NCBI GenBank assembly: GCA_903889905.1 | Contig: CAISZI010000058.1 | Coordinates: forward strand, 6,160 to 70,159 | From: Candidatus Wirthbacteria bacterium | GTDB taxonomy: Bacteria > Patescibacteriota > CG2-30-54-11 | Direction: 5' to 3' | Length of the DNA stretch: 64,000 nucleotides | Shown here: positions 8,901-19,353 of the stretch, in pieces | Layout of the letters: every line of letters starts with the position of its first letter | Numbering within the stretch: position 1 is the first letter of the stretch | Position numbers and translations under genes: made by a program | Notes under the pieces: generated by a model | Told to the model about the DNA's origin: nothing | The model's database searches: none | Seen by the model: only the letters and a program-made list of their open reading frames with translations

Positions 8901-10145
8901 AGGGTTATCTTTCCCCCTCATCACAAAAAACTTGTCCCCCGCCCTCACCTGAGCATCCACCTTGAACGTGACTTTACTCCCTTGTTTCGCCACTTCCAGG
9001 ACAGTTTGTTCATCTTTCATCTCCTTCAACACTCCCCGCACCAGTCCCGTCGTTTTGCCCGTAATCAGAAATTCCTCGCCGGTCTTGATCTCCGTCTTGG
9101 CCAACACTTCCACATACGCCACATGCGCGCGGGGGTAGTAATTGAGCACATTGCCAATCAGCACCTTGGTTTTGGTTGCCTGGCTGTCATCGAAGCGTGC
9201 CCACTCGTCCCATTTTCGGCCCAGGTAAAAACCCTGCGAAAAGCTGCGGTTAAACACGGTTTTGAGCCGTTTATTCCAGTCATCGACTTTGTCGGCGGTA
9301 AATTTACCATTTTGAGCTGCGCTGATTGCTTCGCGGTAGCACCGGATCACCGTGTCCACATATTCTGGCGGCCGGCCGCGACCTTCGATTTTGAGCGAGG
9401 CGATGCCGGCTGCCACTAGCTGTGGAATCAGTCCAATTGTGCACAAATCCGCGGGACTCATGACATAATTCCCGTCGACAACCAGTTCTCGGTTGGTTTC
9501 CAAATCCGTTACCTTGTACGGACGCCGACATATCTGCGTACAACGACCACGATTAGCCGAACTATTGTATTCAAACAAGCTCATGTCACACCGGCCGCTC
9601 ACCGCCACGCAAAGTGCGCCATGGGCAAAAACTTCCACCCTTACCAATTCCCCACTTGGTCCCACGATATTGTCCAAACGCACCCGATCGATGATTTCCC
9701 TGATCTGTTCAAGTGTCAGTTCACGCGCCAGCACCACACAGTCGGCAAATTGCGCATAAAATTTCAAACTTTCAAAATTCGAAATCGACAGCTGCGTCGA
9801 GATATGCACTTCCACGCCAATGCTGCGTGCATACAAGATCGCCGCCATGTCCGACGCTATGATCGCGTCCGCCGCGCTCGCTTTGACCAGGTCGATAATC
9901 TCTTGCATTTGCGCCAGTTCCTGGTTGTAGATGATCGTGTTGACGGTGACGTATACGCGCAGCTTGTGCTCATGGATAAGCGCGACCACTTCCTGGAGTT
10001 CTTCCTTTTGGAAATTGACCGCTGCCGTGGCCCGCATGTTGAAGTTGGCAATACCCAGATAGACCGCATCTGCACCCGCCGCGATCGCTGCCCGCAAGGC
10101 TTCCCACGACCCGGCTGGAGATAACAATTCAATTTGACGCATCAC
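8895..10145 (-). CDS. Peptidase U32 family (collagenase-like; YhbU/PrtC)
   Basis: Conserved U32 motifs (AGADAVYLG, cysteine-containing E..HGALCVA.SGRC) and full-length similarity pattern. 416 aa. Confidence 0.8.
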   Translation of the reverse strand: MMRQIELLSPAGSWEALRAAIAAGADAVYLGIANFNMRATAAVNFQKEELQEVVALIHEHKLRVYVTVNTIIYNQELAQMQEIIDLVKASAADAIIASDMAAILYARSIGVEVHISTQLSISNFESLKFYAQFADCVVLARELTLEQIREIIDRVRLDNIVGPSGELVRVEVFAHGALCVAVSGRCDMSLFEYNSSANRGRCTQICRRPYKVTDLETNRELVVDGNYVMSPADLCTIGLIPQLVAAGIASLKIEGRGRPPEYVDTVIRCYREAISAAQNGKFTADKVDDWNKRLKTVFNRSFSQGFYLGRKWDEWARFDDSQATKTKVLIGNVLNYYPRAHVAYVEVLAKTEIKTGEEFLITGKTTGLVRGVLKEMKDEQTVLEVAKQGSKVTFKVDAQVRAGDKFFVMRGKDNPS

Positions 10146-10285
10146 ATTTCCCTCAGAACTTGTTTGAGCCTGATCACTGTACCAAAAACCCTCGCGTTTG
10201 TCCTGGTTTGAGAACGCTCAAACCCCTTCCGTTAGCTGTTCATATTTAGTACACTCAGCTGGAGCGTTTTCCAAAAATTAAACAC

Positions 10286-13200
10286 TTGAGGCCATCTATG
10301 CCCCAGTTTGCTGTCAAACTTCCCTCGCGCGTCCGCATCCACAAAGGGAAACTGCTTGCCCGTGTGCTCAAACTGCTGGGAATAAGCTTGGTCATAATGT
10401 TAATGGGTGGCATGAGTGTGGCGAATGTGGGATATGCCACAATTATTGCTAATTGCGATACGAACTATCAGCATGTTACAGGCAAAGTGGTCGATGCTAG
10501 CGGCGCCCTACTCAAAGGTTACATTCTTCAAATCTCCGACCTTGACGCGAGCAAATTTATGATGGAATTCACCTCCGAAAGTGATGGTTCATTGACACCT
10601 GTTCCTTCACCCAATCAACTGCAAAACCTGCGCTGGACCCATAACTATTCGTTTAAGCTAATTGATTTTAATCACAATCCACATCATTTCAAACTGAAGG
10701 ATTATACCCCTATTAATAACGTTGCTTTTTTTGTTGAAGGTACTGACAGCACCACAGCCAACCCGATTTACATCATTAATCCAAATCTTCAGTCCGGGAT
10801 TTGTGACCCCGTCATTACTTCTGGTAAAGCACCGTCCACTAACCATTCAATTAATCTACAGCTGCTCGATGCTCCTGCCGTGACACCAGAACAACCCGCT
10901 AATCCGGCACCTACTCCCGCTGTCGGTTCAGATGCCGATTGCCCCGCGACGTCCATGCAACTCTCGATCACGGATGCAAACAAAGACCCTAAATACGGCT
11001 ACACCGTCAATATTCAATCAGGTTCCAACTCTGTGCAGCAATTTTCATATGCAGGAAATGGACTGATAACTAATATTCCAATGCCAAAACTAACTGACTT
11101 GCCGGGTTCATCCATCTGGGTAACCGACGACCATGCCAATGTCATTCCAGTTCTCTTCGAAGGTCAAGAGGACAACATACAATCTAATACTTCTATTATT
11201 TTTTATAATCCCAAAAATCCCGATAATCATTCAACCTTTGGTTCAATGGATTTCTGTGAAACTGGGACTTTCTTTGATAAGAGCCAGAAGCAGATCAAGA
11301 TGTCACTGGTTTTACCGACCCTGACGCCCAAAGTAATCATTAACAATAAAGACGACGAAGCAATTCCAGGGACAATCAGAGTCTTCGACGACCCAAACAA
11401 ACTGCCCATTGCAACAGGCAACACCGGGGATGATGCCCAACCTTTGTACATATTCAAAAATGCTCCGCTATATTATGCGGACTTTTGGTCCGAGGGTTCA
11501 AACTATCCTCTTACCCAATCAGCTGATTCAACCAAATTCGACAATGGTTCCTTCGCCAACTGCCTGTCGACTTGCAGGATAACCAAAGACGAACTCACAA
11601 AATTATCAGCTCCAAATCATACGATGAAATTACAACTTGATACGACGGTACCCCTTAGCTTGATTCAGTTGAGTGTCAATGTGAGCAGTAGCGATAAAAA
11701 GTTAGCTAGCACTATAACTGGTCAAGTAATGGTCCTCGCAGGTACACAGCCGGTGGCCAAAGGCACCCTCACACCAGCTACGGAAAATGCACCCACTTCC
11801 ACCAAATTAAACCCATTCAATATCAACACCAATTCATCCAACTCTTACATAGTACAAATAGCGACGTCACCCGATCAAACCAATGGCAACTGCTACCAAA
11901 TCACCAACATCAATATCAAAAATGTCGACCAAAGCCAGGCGGCACCTTTTGTCATCAAAAGCAGCGCCGAGCTCTTTGCCGCCAATAACACGACCATCGG
12001 CATTACCGTCGATCCCAATGTCCGCAAAGCCTGCCTGCCCGTCGACAGCGTCACCATCTTTGCTACACCCGCACCAGGTGGTGCGGGAGGACTTGGTGGC
12101 ACTGGTCCTGGAGGCACGAGCTTTCCTGCGGGAACCACTTCCTGTGATGCTGGCGGTTGCTCTGCCGGCGAAGCCGTCACTGCCTGCGTGATCGTTACCA
12201 ATAATCTCAGCACTCCTGTAATTTTCTGGGTAGACAAATCCTGGGCATCCTGCATGGAAGGCTGCGGCGATTATGGCGGCGGCGGCCCCAGCAAATGCGG
12301 TGGCCTGAGCGCCTGTGGCAATGTCAAAAATACTGGCAAGACACAACTGGTCTGGGACCATAAACTGCAAACTCTGAAAGGCAAGACAAGTGCCCAATTC
12401 GACATCACTGCCTACACCCAGGGCCTCAAATGCGGCTCCGCTGACCCCAATGTCTCGGTCGAGAAAAAGCTGGGCCTGACCTTTTCTAACTGTGGCACCC
12501 CTGGATCCAGTGCCATAGCTGACAACCATACCGAATATAGCCTGGCGTGGGCCTATACGGATTCCGGCAAAAACAATGACTGTACTGTGGCCTGCAACAC
12601 GGCAGAAAAATCCTGTGGAGGGCCTGCTGCTCCTCCTGATGCGTTTGGTATCTCGAGCTGCGTACAACCAGCCGGCAGAGGGGCGCCACGCATCGCGGTG
12701 ATTGGGGATTCTTTATCTTCCGATGGCAGTTGGGCGACAAATACGGATTTACAGTTAGGCCTCAACATTGTTACATTTGCCGAAAAAAGCGCACAAACAC
12801 TTAACGGCTCAACCATTCGCAGCATCATGACTCAACTAACTGACGAAGTATCAAACCAAGAATATGACGATGTGGTCATATTGGGCGGTATTAACGACTT
12901 TACCAGTCTCAACGCCACCTCTCAAAATGTAATCGACAATCTCACTGCAATCTATCGTAAGGCCAGGGAAAAGGACCCAAATATTCGGATTGTTGCACTC
13001 ACCATTCCTCCCTGGAGTTGCGACACCCCTCAGACGGCCAAAAATGTTGAAGAAGTTAATGCCTGGATTAAATCGCTGGTAAGCCCTTTGGTTGATATGG
13101 TTGTTGATACCAATGCCATCATTGCAAATAATTTAGCAACAAATCAATACCCGGACTGTCATCCTACAGCCGCCGGCTACAAGGCCATGGCCAATGAAGT

Positions 13201-16200
13201 GATGGCCAAAGCATTCCAGGGCGAAATGGGTCAAAGTGGTGGCAGAGTCTGCGCACCTGCCAATTCCACCGTACCAGGGACTATGAACAATACAGTTTGT
13301 TTCTACGCGGCCAAAGCCAACATTGGCGGACAAGGCATTGCTAGCAAGCTTGTTTTGTTTGGCGATTCGATTACCGCTGATCATCAAAATAATGAAACCT
13401 GGCCAACCCCGCTAATCGCCGCTGCCAAGTTGACTGGTGGTGCTTCGGCGATCACAAACCTTGCCGTAGGTGGATCTGGGACCAGTACCGAAACTGTAGC
13501 CAAAGGTCCAAAACCGAATGATAACTGCGACACCGCTATCCCAGGCATGATCCAACAATTCACTGACTATGCCAAAACCACCAACACCGACACTGACGCA
13601 GTTTTCTTTGGTGGTATCAATACCATCAACAATATCAACTGTTACGGTGCTTCCAATATTACTGAGGCAATTGCCAGAGCTGAGTCTGACCTGACGAAAT
13701 TATATCAGTCTGCTAAAGCGAAAAAATTGCGTGTGATCGCAGTTTCTGTATTGCCTTGTAATGGCTGCAATTATCCTGCTGCTATTCCGGTTCTCAACGA
13801 ATGGATTGCCAGGCAGGCTTTAACCACTCCGCCGCTGGTGGACGTCTATGTAAATGCCTACACCTATTTGCTCGGGCATCCTGAATATTTTGACATTGAT
13901 GGCCTTCACCCCAATGTCAAAGGTGCCTTTGTTATCGCCAAGTTAATGCAAATCGCGTTACAGTCAAACGCACCGGAAATCATGAAAGGTGGATCTATCT
14001 GTTATCAAAGCGACACCACTGCGGCTGCAGCTGGAAGTTCAGCCTCATCTGGCGGCAGTAGCCACGGAGCGGCAAACATCTCTGGCAAAATAACTGGACT
14101 CACCAAGGCACAAATTGACAATATCTCAGCGTCCGCTGCCGGACTTCCAGTTAGCCCCGATGGCTATGGTGTGCAACTTTTCCCCTCCCATCAAATCGCC
14201 TTCAATGCCTGGCACCTCCCAACCAGTACGATCCTGACCGTCGCCAGTCAGCCGCCCGCCTCCAACTGGGCTACCATCGGGCAACTTCCACCCACCACCA
14301 GCATCACCAAAAAAGTAATGGTCATTGCCTACAACCCGATGCTAGCCTCCAAACAAACGCTCAGCAGCTACTTCCAGACGTCGTCAACAGCCATGACACA
14401 GGAATTTACCAGCTGGTTGCGTCAAGTCACCGACCAATCCGTCAAATATCTCGTCAGCGGCGCCGTAGTTGACAGCAGTGCTTTCCCACCCACGGCAGCG
14501 GGTACCGGCTACACTTCCACCACCTACAGTGCCTGCCTCGCCGATATCACTGCCTGTTCCAACAACCGGGACAAAACCAGCAGCTTCGATCAGTGTGTAC
14601 AAACAGCCAACCATTGCCAGGCGGCAACCACAGCCAATGTCGACTTTGCCAAAATCGCTGCGGACAACCAGGTCTGCGCCGCCATTGCCGCTACCGATGT
14701 GGCTACCCATGTCGATGACATCTGGATTTTTGGTGGACCGAATTTTGGCTTCACCGATGCCAGCCATGCCCCTGCCATTACCTGCAATGGCAAAACTATC
14801 CCCATCCTCACATTCAACTACCAGGATGGCGTCGCCGGTATGATTTACAATTACGGGCAACGCGCGACCGCAACGCTCAACCAGGTATTTGGTACGCCAC
14901 CGTCCAATGCGACCTCTGCCTGGGCTCAGTTCACCCAAACCTCCTCTGCCGCCAAAGGCTGCGGCAGCATGATAACACCACCAAACACCTTGACCGCCAA
15001 TGATAATGCCAACGCCACCTTGGTTGATAGTTATTGTGAATCCTTTAATGACTACCCAACCGTTAATCCCGCTGCCACTGACAAAATTAACTGCACGGCC
15101 TGGAATTGCACGAATTACGCTTCACAGAGTGGTGGCGGATTTTACAGTTACTGGTTCAAACACCTTCCCCACGCCACTGGACAAAACAACAGCACGTCCA
15201 ACAACTGGTGGCAATACATCACGGATCCGTCGACCTATGCACCAGCCGCTGCCTATTTGCCTTACCCGCATGTTCTGCTTTCCAATTTCTCGGCCGCGAC
15301 GCCCGCTTTGCCTTCGAGTTTGCTCAATTCGCTGATCCAACCGGCGTTTGCCAGCAGTGCTCAGGTCAACGGCGGATACGATTCTTCCTGGGGCATCTCG
15401 ACGGATGGCGGGATTTTTCTCCAGCCCACCAATACCCAAAGCATCGTGCTTGATATCCAGCAAAAGAAATCCCCCCTGGTCGGCATGGACTTTGATTATC
15501 GCTATTTGACCGCCGCCAAAACGGGTTCGCCGATCGATTTCCAGGTCCTGCTCATTGCCAATCATCAAAGCTATCTCCTCTATACCCCCAATACCAATCC
15601 CGTCACAGATGGCACCCCCTGGACCAGTGCGCTCACTACAACCGGGACAACTGCTGCCAACTTTGGCAACGATGGCCACCTCGACCTCTCCCGCTTTGAG
15701 GGACAGGACATCACCATCCGTTTTGCCGCCAAATTCCCTGCTGGAACTTATGCCTCCAACACCGGCGCCCAGTCTGACGCCCTCTTTCTCCGTCATATTG
15801 TGCTGCATTCGAGCAACACCAATACCGGCATTGGCTACCGCTACCCATCCGGTGCAGGCGGGACCAGCGTCATCAGCCTCTGGGACACCGATTTCGTCAG
15901 TACTTATCTCAGTGACGATCCAACCAAAACCGACAATAGCGCCAAGTCGACTGCGTTGGTTCCCATGAGTCCTTACAATGGCAAACAAGATCCCGCCAAT
16001 CCCGCCGCCGGCGTTCATCACGGTCAAGCCAGCTTTTACCGCTCGCTGTATGTTGGCGATTTTACGCGCTCCAGCGTCTGGGCGTTAACACCAGACACAC
16101 CCTCATCCCCAACTTATGTAGACTTTGATTATACCCAAAATGGCGGGTCTAACCTCGACAGCATCTCATTCCTGGCTGGTAATGGAACAACGACCAGTAC

Positions 16201-16558
16201 GTCCGTCAAAGTGCTGGCTCTCATTGCCGATCCATTTGGGCAGATTGACGCACAAAACCCCATGGTACTATGGTCTCAGGCCAACATTGATGCCTGGGAA
16301 AGCAATGAAATTGACCTGACACCCCTCAAAGGCAAAAAATTCATCCTCCGCCTGCAAGCCGAAAGCCAGGCCACTTCGCCCGCTCCTGCCTACTTTGCCA
16401 ATGTGTTAATTGAGCATGACAACAACACAGCCATTGTCGCGTCTGCCCTCCCGGCCGTCAGCGTCTTCGTTTTTGTGCTACCGGCCATCCTGGGCACGCT
16501 CTGCATTGGCACTGGTGTCGCTATCCTCACCGTCCGCAAAAAGAAAAAAATCGTCTAA
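10286..16558 (+). CDS. Giant (2090 aa) cell-surface protein with two SGNH/GDSL hydrolase domains, N-terminal signal anchor and C-terminal TM anchor
   Basis: N-terminal hydrophobic segment. GDSL blocks RIAVIGDSLSSDG (with GGINDF) and KLVLFGDSITADH (with GGINT...DGLHPN). Gly/Thr/Pro-rich low-complexity linkers. C-terminus VSVFVFVLPAILGTLCIGTGVAILTVRKKKKIV is a TM plus basic tail. Confidence 0.7.
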   Translation: MRPSMPQFAVKLPSRVRIHKGKLLARVLKLLGISLVIMLMGGMSVANVGYATIIANCDTNYQHVTGKVVDASGALLKGYILQISDLDASKFMMEFTSESDGSLTPVPSPNQLQNLRWTHNYSFKLIDFNHNPHHFKLKDYTPINNVAFFVEGTDSTTANPIYIINPNLQSGICDPVITSGKAPSTNHSINLQLLDAPAVTPEQPANPAPTPAVGSDADCPATSMQLSITDANKDPKYGYTVNIQSGSNSVQQFSYAGNGLITNIPMPKLTDLPGSSIWVTDDHANVIPVLFEGQEDNIQSNTSIIFYNPKNPDNHSTFGSMDFCETGTFFDKSQKQIKMSLVLPTLTPKVIINNKDDEAIPGTIRVFDDPNKLPIATGNTGDDAQPLYIFKNAPLYYADFWSEGSNYPLTQSADSTKFDNGSFANCLSTCRITKDELTKLSAPNHTMKLQLDTTVPLSLIQLSVNVSSSDKKLASTITGQVMVLAGTQPVAKGTLTPATENAPTSTKLNPFNINTNSSNSYIVQIATSPDQTNGNCYQITNINIKNVDQSQAAPFVIKSSAELFAANNTTIGITVDPNVRKACLPVDSVTIFATPAPGGAGGLGGTGPGGTSFPAGTTSCDAGGCSAGEAVTACVIVTNNLSTPVIFWVDKSWASCMEGCGDYGGGGPSKCGGLSACGNVKNTGKTQLVWDHKLQTLKGKTSAQFDITAYTQGLKCGSADPNVSVEKKLGLTFSNCGTPGSSAIADNHTEYSLAWAYTDSGKNNDCTVACNTAEKSCGGPAAPPDAFGISSCVQPAGRGAPRIAVIGDSLSSDGSWATNTDLQLGLNIVTFAEKSAQTLNGSTIRSIMTQLTDEVSNQEYDDVVILGGINDFTSLNATSQNVIDNLTAIYRKAREKDPNIRIVALTIPPWSCDTPQTAKNVEEVNAWIKSLVSPLVDMVVDTNAIIANNLATNQYPDCHPTAAGYKAMANEVMAKAFQGEMGQSGGRVCAPANSTVPGTMNNTVCFYAAKANIGGQGIASKLVLFGDSITADHQNNETWPTPLIAAAKLTGGASAITNLAVGGSGTSTETVAKGPKPNDNCDTAIPGMIQQFTDYAKTTNTDTDAVFFGGINTINNINCYGASNITEAIARAESDLTKLYQSAKAKKLRVIAVSVLPCNGCNYPAAIPVLNEWIARQALTTPPLVDVYVNAYTYLLGHPEYFDIDGLHPNVKGAFVIAKLMQIALQSNAPEIMKGGSICYQSDTTAAAAGSSASSGGSSHGAANISGKITGLTKAQIDNISASAAGLPVSPDGYGVQLFPSHQIAFNAWHLPTSTILTVASQPPASNWATIGQLPPTTSITKKVMVIAYNPMLASKQTLSSYFQTSSTAMTQEFTSWLRQVTDQSVKYLVSGAVVDSSAFPPTAAGTGYTSTTYSACLADITACSNNRDKTSSFDQCVQTANHCQAATTANVDFAKIAADNQVCAAIAATDVATHVDDIWIFGGPNFGFTDASHAPAITCNGKTIPILTFNYQDGVAGMIYNYGQRATATLNQVFGTPPSNATSAWAQFTQTSSAAKGCGSMITPPNTLTANDNANATLVDSYCESFNDYPTVNPAATDKINCTAWNCTNYASQSGGGFYSYWFKHLPHATGQNNSTSNNWWQYITDPSTYAPAAAYLPYPHVLLSNFSAATPALPSSLLNSLIQPAFASSAQVNGGYDSSWGISTDGGIFLQPTNTQSIVLDIQQKKSPLVGMDFDYRYLTAAKTGSPIDFQVLLIANHQSYLLYTPNTNPVTDGTPWTSALTTTGTTAANFGNDGHLDLSRFEGQDITIRFAAKFPAGTYASNTGAQSDALFLRHIVLHSSNTNTGIGYRYPSGAGGTSVISLWDTDFVSTYLSDDPTKTDNSAKSTALVPMSPYNGKQDPANPAAGVHHGQASFYRSLYVGDFTRSSVWALTPDTPSSPTYVDFDYTQNGGSNLDSISFLAGNGTTTSTSVKVLALIADPFGQIDAQNPMVLWSQANIDAWESNEIDLTPLKGKKFILRLQAESQATSPAPAYFANVLIEHDNNTAIVASALPAVSVFVFVLPAILGTLCIGTGVAILTVRKKKKIV

Positions 16559-16565
16559 TCATTGA

Positions 16566-17936
16566 GTGCCCCAATCAGCCTCTTCACAAAGTGAAATCTT
16601 GACCAATACAGTCCTTAATTGGCTGCGTCGACATCGCCAGGACATTGTGCTCCAATCTGAAACCATTCCCTTTGCCGCCTCGCGCGAATGGGAATTTTCA
16701 CCGGATGGCGCTGTTTTGCGGCACAAAACAGGCCGTTTTTTCAGTATTTGCGGAGTCACGTTTACGTCAACGCCGACAGAACACAAGGCAATGGAACTGA
16801 CGCTGATCGATCAGCAGGAAATCGGAATTCTCGGATTCATCGTCGCCAAAAGTGGCGGCCAGCTCGCCTTTTTATGCCAGGCAAAGGCGGAACCAGGCAA
16901 TATCGAACTTGTCCAACTGGCCCCGACATTGCAGGCGACGGCCAGTAACTATCAGCAAATCCATGGCGGTCTGGCGCAGCCATTTCTTGACCTTTTCCTT
17001 CATCCGTCCACACCTGTTTTGCATGACAGTCACCAAACCGAGCAAGGCTGGCGTTTTTGGCACAAAGCCAATCGCAACATGGTGGTCTCAATGCAGACCC
17101 GCATTGAGCCGTCTGACCATTACCAATGGATTGAACTTGATGACATACTCAAGTTACTGCAGCATGATTATGTCATCAACAGTGACGCCCGCTCTGTGCT
17201 GGTTTGTTTATTGCTTTGCGATGGCTTGGAATACCTGCCAGCGCGTCCCAACAGTCCCGTACTGGAAGCGCTCCTGGCTTCGCTGGCCACCACAACAGCA
17301 ACGGAGCTGCAATGGAGTGCATGGTTAAACCACTTTGTTACCCACAACCCATTTTTCGTCAAAACCACGCGACTTTGTGACCTGAAATCGTGGGCACTGC
17401 TGCCGGAGTCAATCCGCTGCCTGACGGCAAGTCGCCATACCATTCGACAAATCTCGGTCACGGCAAATTGCCGTGAGGTGGAACACTGGGATCAACCGAT
17501 TATTGCGTCGCCACAACCCCAGGAAATCCTATTGATCGGACAATTGTTCGATCATGTTATTCATTTTTTGGTCAAACTGGAGCAGGCGCCGGGATTGCTT
17601 AAACCGGCCGGCCTCCAAGCCACTCTGATCCTCCAGGGGGACAGCTCCGATCCATTCGATGTTATCTTGCGATCGTTTGTTGCTGACCATGCCGGTGAGG
17701 CGTTGCGCAGGGTCTCCGTGCACAATTCCGAAGAAGGCGGCCGCTTTGATCACGATGCCAACACCCATTCCCTGTACCTTTTTGATGAAAACTGTCTCAA
17801 CCTCGACTTGCCTGAGCATTTTCGCTGGTTAACGCTGGCCGACCTCAAACACTTTTTGCACCTTGAAAACATTCTGACCAATGAATTACGCAGTGTCTTG
17901 TCCCTGGTTTTTTTTAGTATCTTTAGTCCTGCATAA
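16566..17936 (+). CDS. Putative NDP-hexose 2,3-dehydratase (EvaA/TylX3-like)
   Basis: 456 aa. Motif block FLCQAKAEPGNIELVQLAPTLQATASNYQQIHGG resembles the Hexose_dehydrat family as recalled (QAK.EPGN...PT.Q.T.SNY). Assignment is from memory, not a search. Confidence 0.5.
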   Translation: MPQSASSQSEILTNTVLNWLRRHRQDIVLQSETIPFAASREWEFSPDGAVLRHKTGRFFSICGVTFTSTPTEHKAMELTLIDQQEIGILGFIVAKSGGQLAFLCQAKAEPGNIELVQLAPTLQATASNYQQIHGGLAQPFLDLFLHPSTPVLHDSHQTEQGWRFWHKANRNMVVSMQTRIEPSDHYQWIELDDILKLLQHDYVINSDARSVLVCLLLCDGLEYLPARPNSPVLEALLASLATTTATELQWSAWLNHFVTHNPFFVKTTRLCDLKSWALLPESIRCLTASRHTIRQISVTANCREVEHWDQPIIASPQPQEILLIGQLFDHVIHFLVKLEQAPGLLKPAGLQATLILQGDSSDPFDVILRSFVADHAGEALRRVSVHNSEEGGRFDHDANTHSLYLFDENCLNLDLPEHFRWLTLADLKHFLHLENILTNELRSVLSLVFFSIFSPA

Positions 17937-17973
17937 GTCCCAGCTTGGATCTATTCATTACCCACTACCTGTC

Positions 17974-18984
17974 ATGCCAGTCACTGCTTCAATCCTGATT
18001 CCAACGTTCAACCACGGCCCCACGCTGCGGTTTGCCTTGCAAAGTATCCTGGCGCAGACGGTACAGGATTTTGAAATTTTCGTGGTTGGTGATGGCGTGC
18101 CCGACGAACTCAAACCAGAAGTTCAGCGCCTTTGCCAAACAGACCCGCGCATTCAATTCTGTGACTACCCCAAAAGTTCGCACCGCGGCGAAATCTACCG
18201 CGACCAGATCATCCGTGAGCGTGCCTCCGGCACTCAAATTTTTTACCTTTCCGATGATGATCTCTGGCTCCCCCATCACCTGGAAGTCCTTGGCAAGGCG
18301 CTTTTGAACCATGATTTTGTCCATAGTTTGCACGTCAATGTGTTTCCAGGCGACTACCTCTCGACGCAAGTGACGGATCTCGCACTGCCTTCGCATCGAA
18401 CATGGCTGCTGAACAAACCGGATTTTGGTTTCGACACGACATTTGGGGCTCATACACGTTCATTTTACCTCGCGCTGGCCCATGGCTGGCGCCCGACGCC
18501 CGCAGGAGTCAACACCGACGTCTACATGTGGCGTCAATTTGTTGCAGCCCCCCGCTGCCGTCTTACCAGTATCCAAAAGCCGACCGGGTTTCACTTTGCC
18601 AGTCCCCTGCGCACAAACTGGACTCTCCAGCAACGCGTTGACGAACTGGCGCGCTGGAACCAAATGTTGGCAAGTCCGACCACTGTCAGCAACCTGATCG
18701 ACAGCATTTTCAACCAAACCATCACCGCCGCCGCCAAAGTTCAGGTGGACAACCAAAAAGAAATAAGCCAGTTAACATCACAATTGCAAAACACTTCAAC
18801 CGCTGCAACCCTGTTACAAACAGAACTAACTGCGATTCAACATGGCTTGCAACTAACCAAGCAGTCCCTGTCCCAGCTCCAAAACGAATCCCAATCGCTG
18901 CGCCAGCGTCTGGCAGCGATTGAATCTTCCCTCACCTGGCGACTCGGCTCCCGCCTCGCCCGCCTCTTCAAACCCTTCCACTGA
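17974..18984 (+). CDS. Family 2 glycosyltransferase with C-terminal coiled-coil
   Basis: SILIPTFNHGPTLRFALQSILAQT...FEIFVVGDG and a DDD motif typical of GT2. Start trimmed to MPVTAS. The C-terminal 80 aa is a heptad-like Q/L/S-rich coiled coil. Confidence 0.7.
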   Translation: MPVTASILIPTFNHGPTLRFALQSILAQTVQDFEIFVVGDGVPDELKPEVQRLCQTDPRIQFCDYPKSSHRGEIYRDQIIRERASGTQIFYLSDDDLWLPHHLEVLGKALLNHDFVHSLHVNVFPGDYLSTQVTDLALPSHRTWLLNKPDFGFDTTFGAHTRSFYLALAHGWRPTPAGVNTDVYMWRQFVAAPRCRLTSIQKPTGFHFASPLRTNWTLQQRVDELARWNQMLASPTTVSNLIDSIFNQTITAAAKVQVDNQKEISQLTSQLQNTSTAATLLQTELTAIQHGLQLTKQSLSQLQNESQSLRQRLAAIESSLTWRLGSRLARLFKPFH

Positions 18985-19052
18985 TTCTCCCCTCCGCTTA
19001 GGTTTTTCTATCCCAACGACTTGAAAAACCCATCCCCTCCCCCTATCCGAAT

Positions 19053-19095
19053 AAAAAAGTACCATTTCCGCAGAGCCGTCTCAAGGAAATGGTAC
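19053..19095 (-). terminator. Rho-independent terminator (probably bidirectional) between GT2 gene and tRNA-Lys region
   Basis: 11-bp stem gtaccatttcc...ggaaatggtac, with the A-tract 19053-19058 on the plus strand (U-tract on the minus transcript). A T-rich run also follows on the plus strand. A second hairpin ctacttttctt...agaaaagtag lies at 19114-19140. Confidence 0.5.
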
Positions 19096-19147
19096 ACAAA
19101 TTTGTTCTTTTGCCTACTTTTCTTACTCAAAGAAAAGTAGAATTCTT

Positions 19148-19166
19148 TGGTGAGTCGGGTGGGATT
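19148..19166 (-). repeat. 19-nt exact duplicate of the tRNA-Lys 3' end (T-arm 3' half + acceptor 3' half + CCA)
   Basis: tggtgagtcgggtgggatt at 19148-19166 equals 19278-19296 (seen directly). A 13-nt copy of the tRNA 5' end (gagctaccgaccc) lies at 19416-19428. Confidence 0.6.
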
Positions 19167-19238
19167 TCCCCCTTCGCCTAGAGGCTTCGGAGGACCTTGC
19201 TTCTCATCCCACCCTCGATACAGTTCTTTGTGGCGTAG

Positions 19239-19280
19239 CCAACCGTAGCTTGCCTGCTGGCAAGCAGGCTTCCCGAAGCG
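19239..19280 (-). other. Conserved hairpin CCAACCTTCGC...GCTACGGTTGG immediately 3' of tRNA-Lys (shares its CCA). Same arms occur 3' of tRNA-Leu at 22594-22627
   Basis: Arms ccaacc...gcgaaggttgg and internal palindrome gcttgcctgctggcaagcaggc. Second instance is ccaaccgtagctcatgctgctgagcgaaggttgg. Confidence 0.45.
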
Positions 19281-19353
19281 AAGGTTGGTGAGTCGGGTGG
19301 GATTCGAACCCACGACCAATACCTTAAAAGGGTACTGCTCTACCAGCTGAGCT
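19278..19353 (-). tRNA. tRNA-Lys (anticodon UUU), CCA encoded
   Basis: Reverse complement GGGTCGGTAGCTCAGCTGGTAGAGCAGTACCCTTTTAAGGTATTGGTCGTGGGTTCGAATCCCACCCGACTCACCA folds as a cloverleaf. Anticodon loop CTTTTAA. Confidence 0.85.

Noticed and set aside
11867-12667. 266-aa minus-strand ORF inside the giant SGNH protein gene
   Set aside because: Antisense to a Gly/Ala/Thr-rich, GC-rich coding stretch where long antisense ORFs arise by chance. Other antisense ORFs within 10286-16558 (for example 15122-16027, 14384-14938) are rejected for the same reason.
19008-19319. 103-aa minus-strand ORF
   Set aside because: Overlaps tRNA-Lys and the terminator and repeat region. Translation is low-complexity. 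Not a gene.
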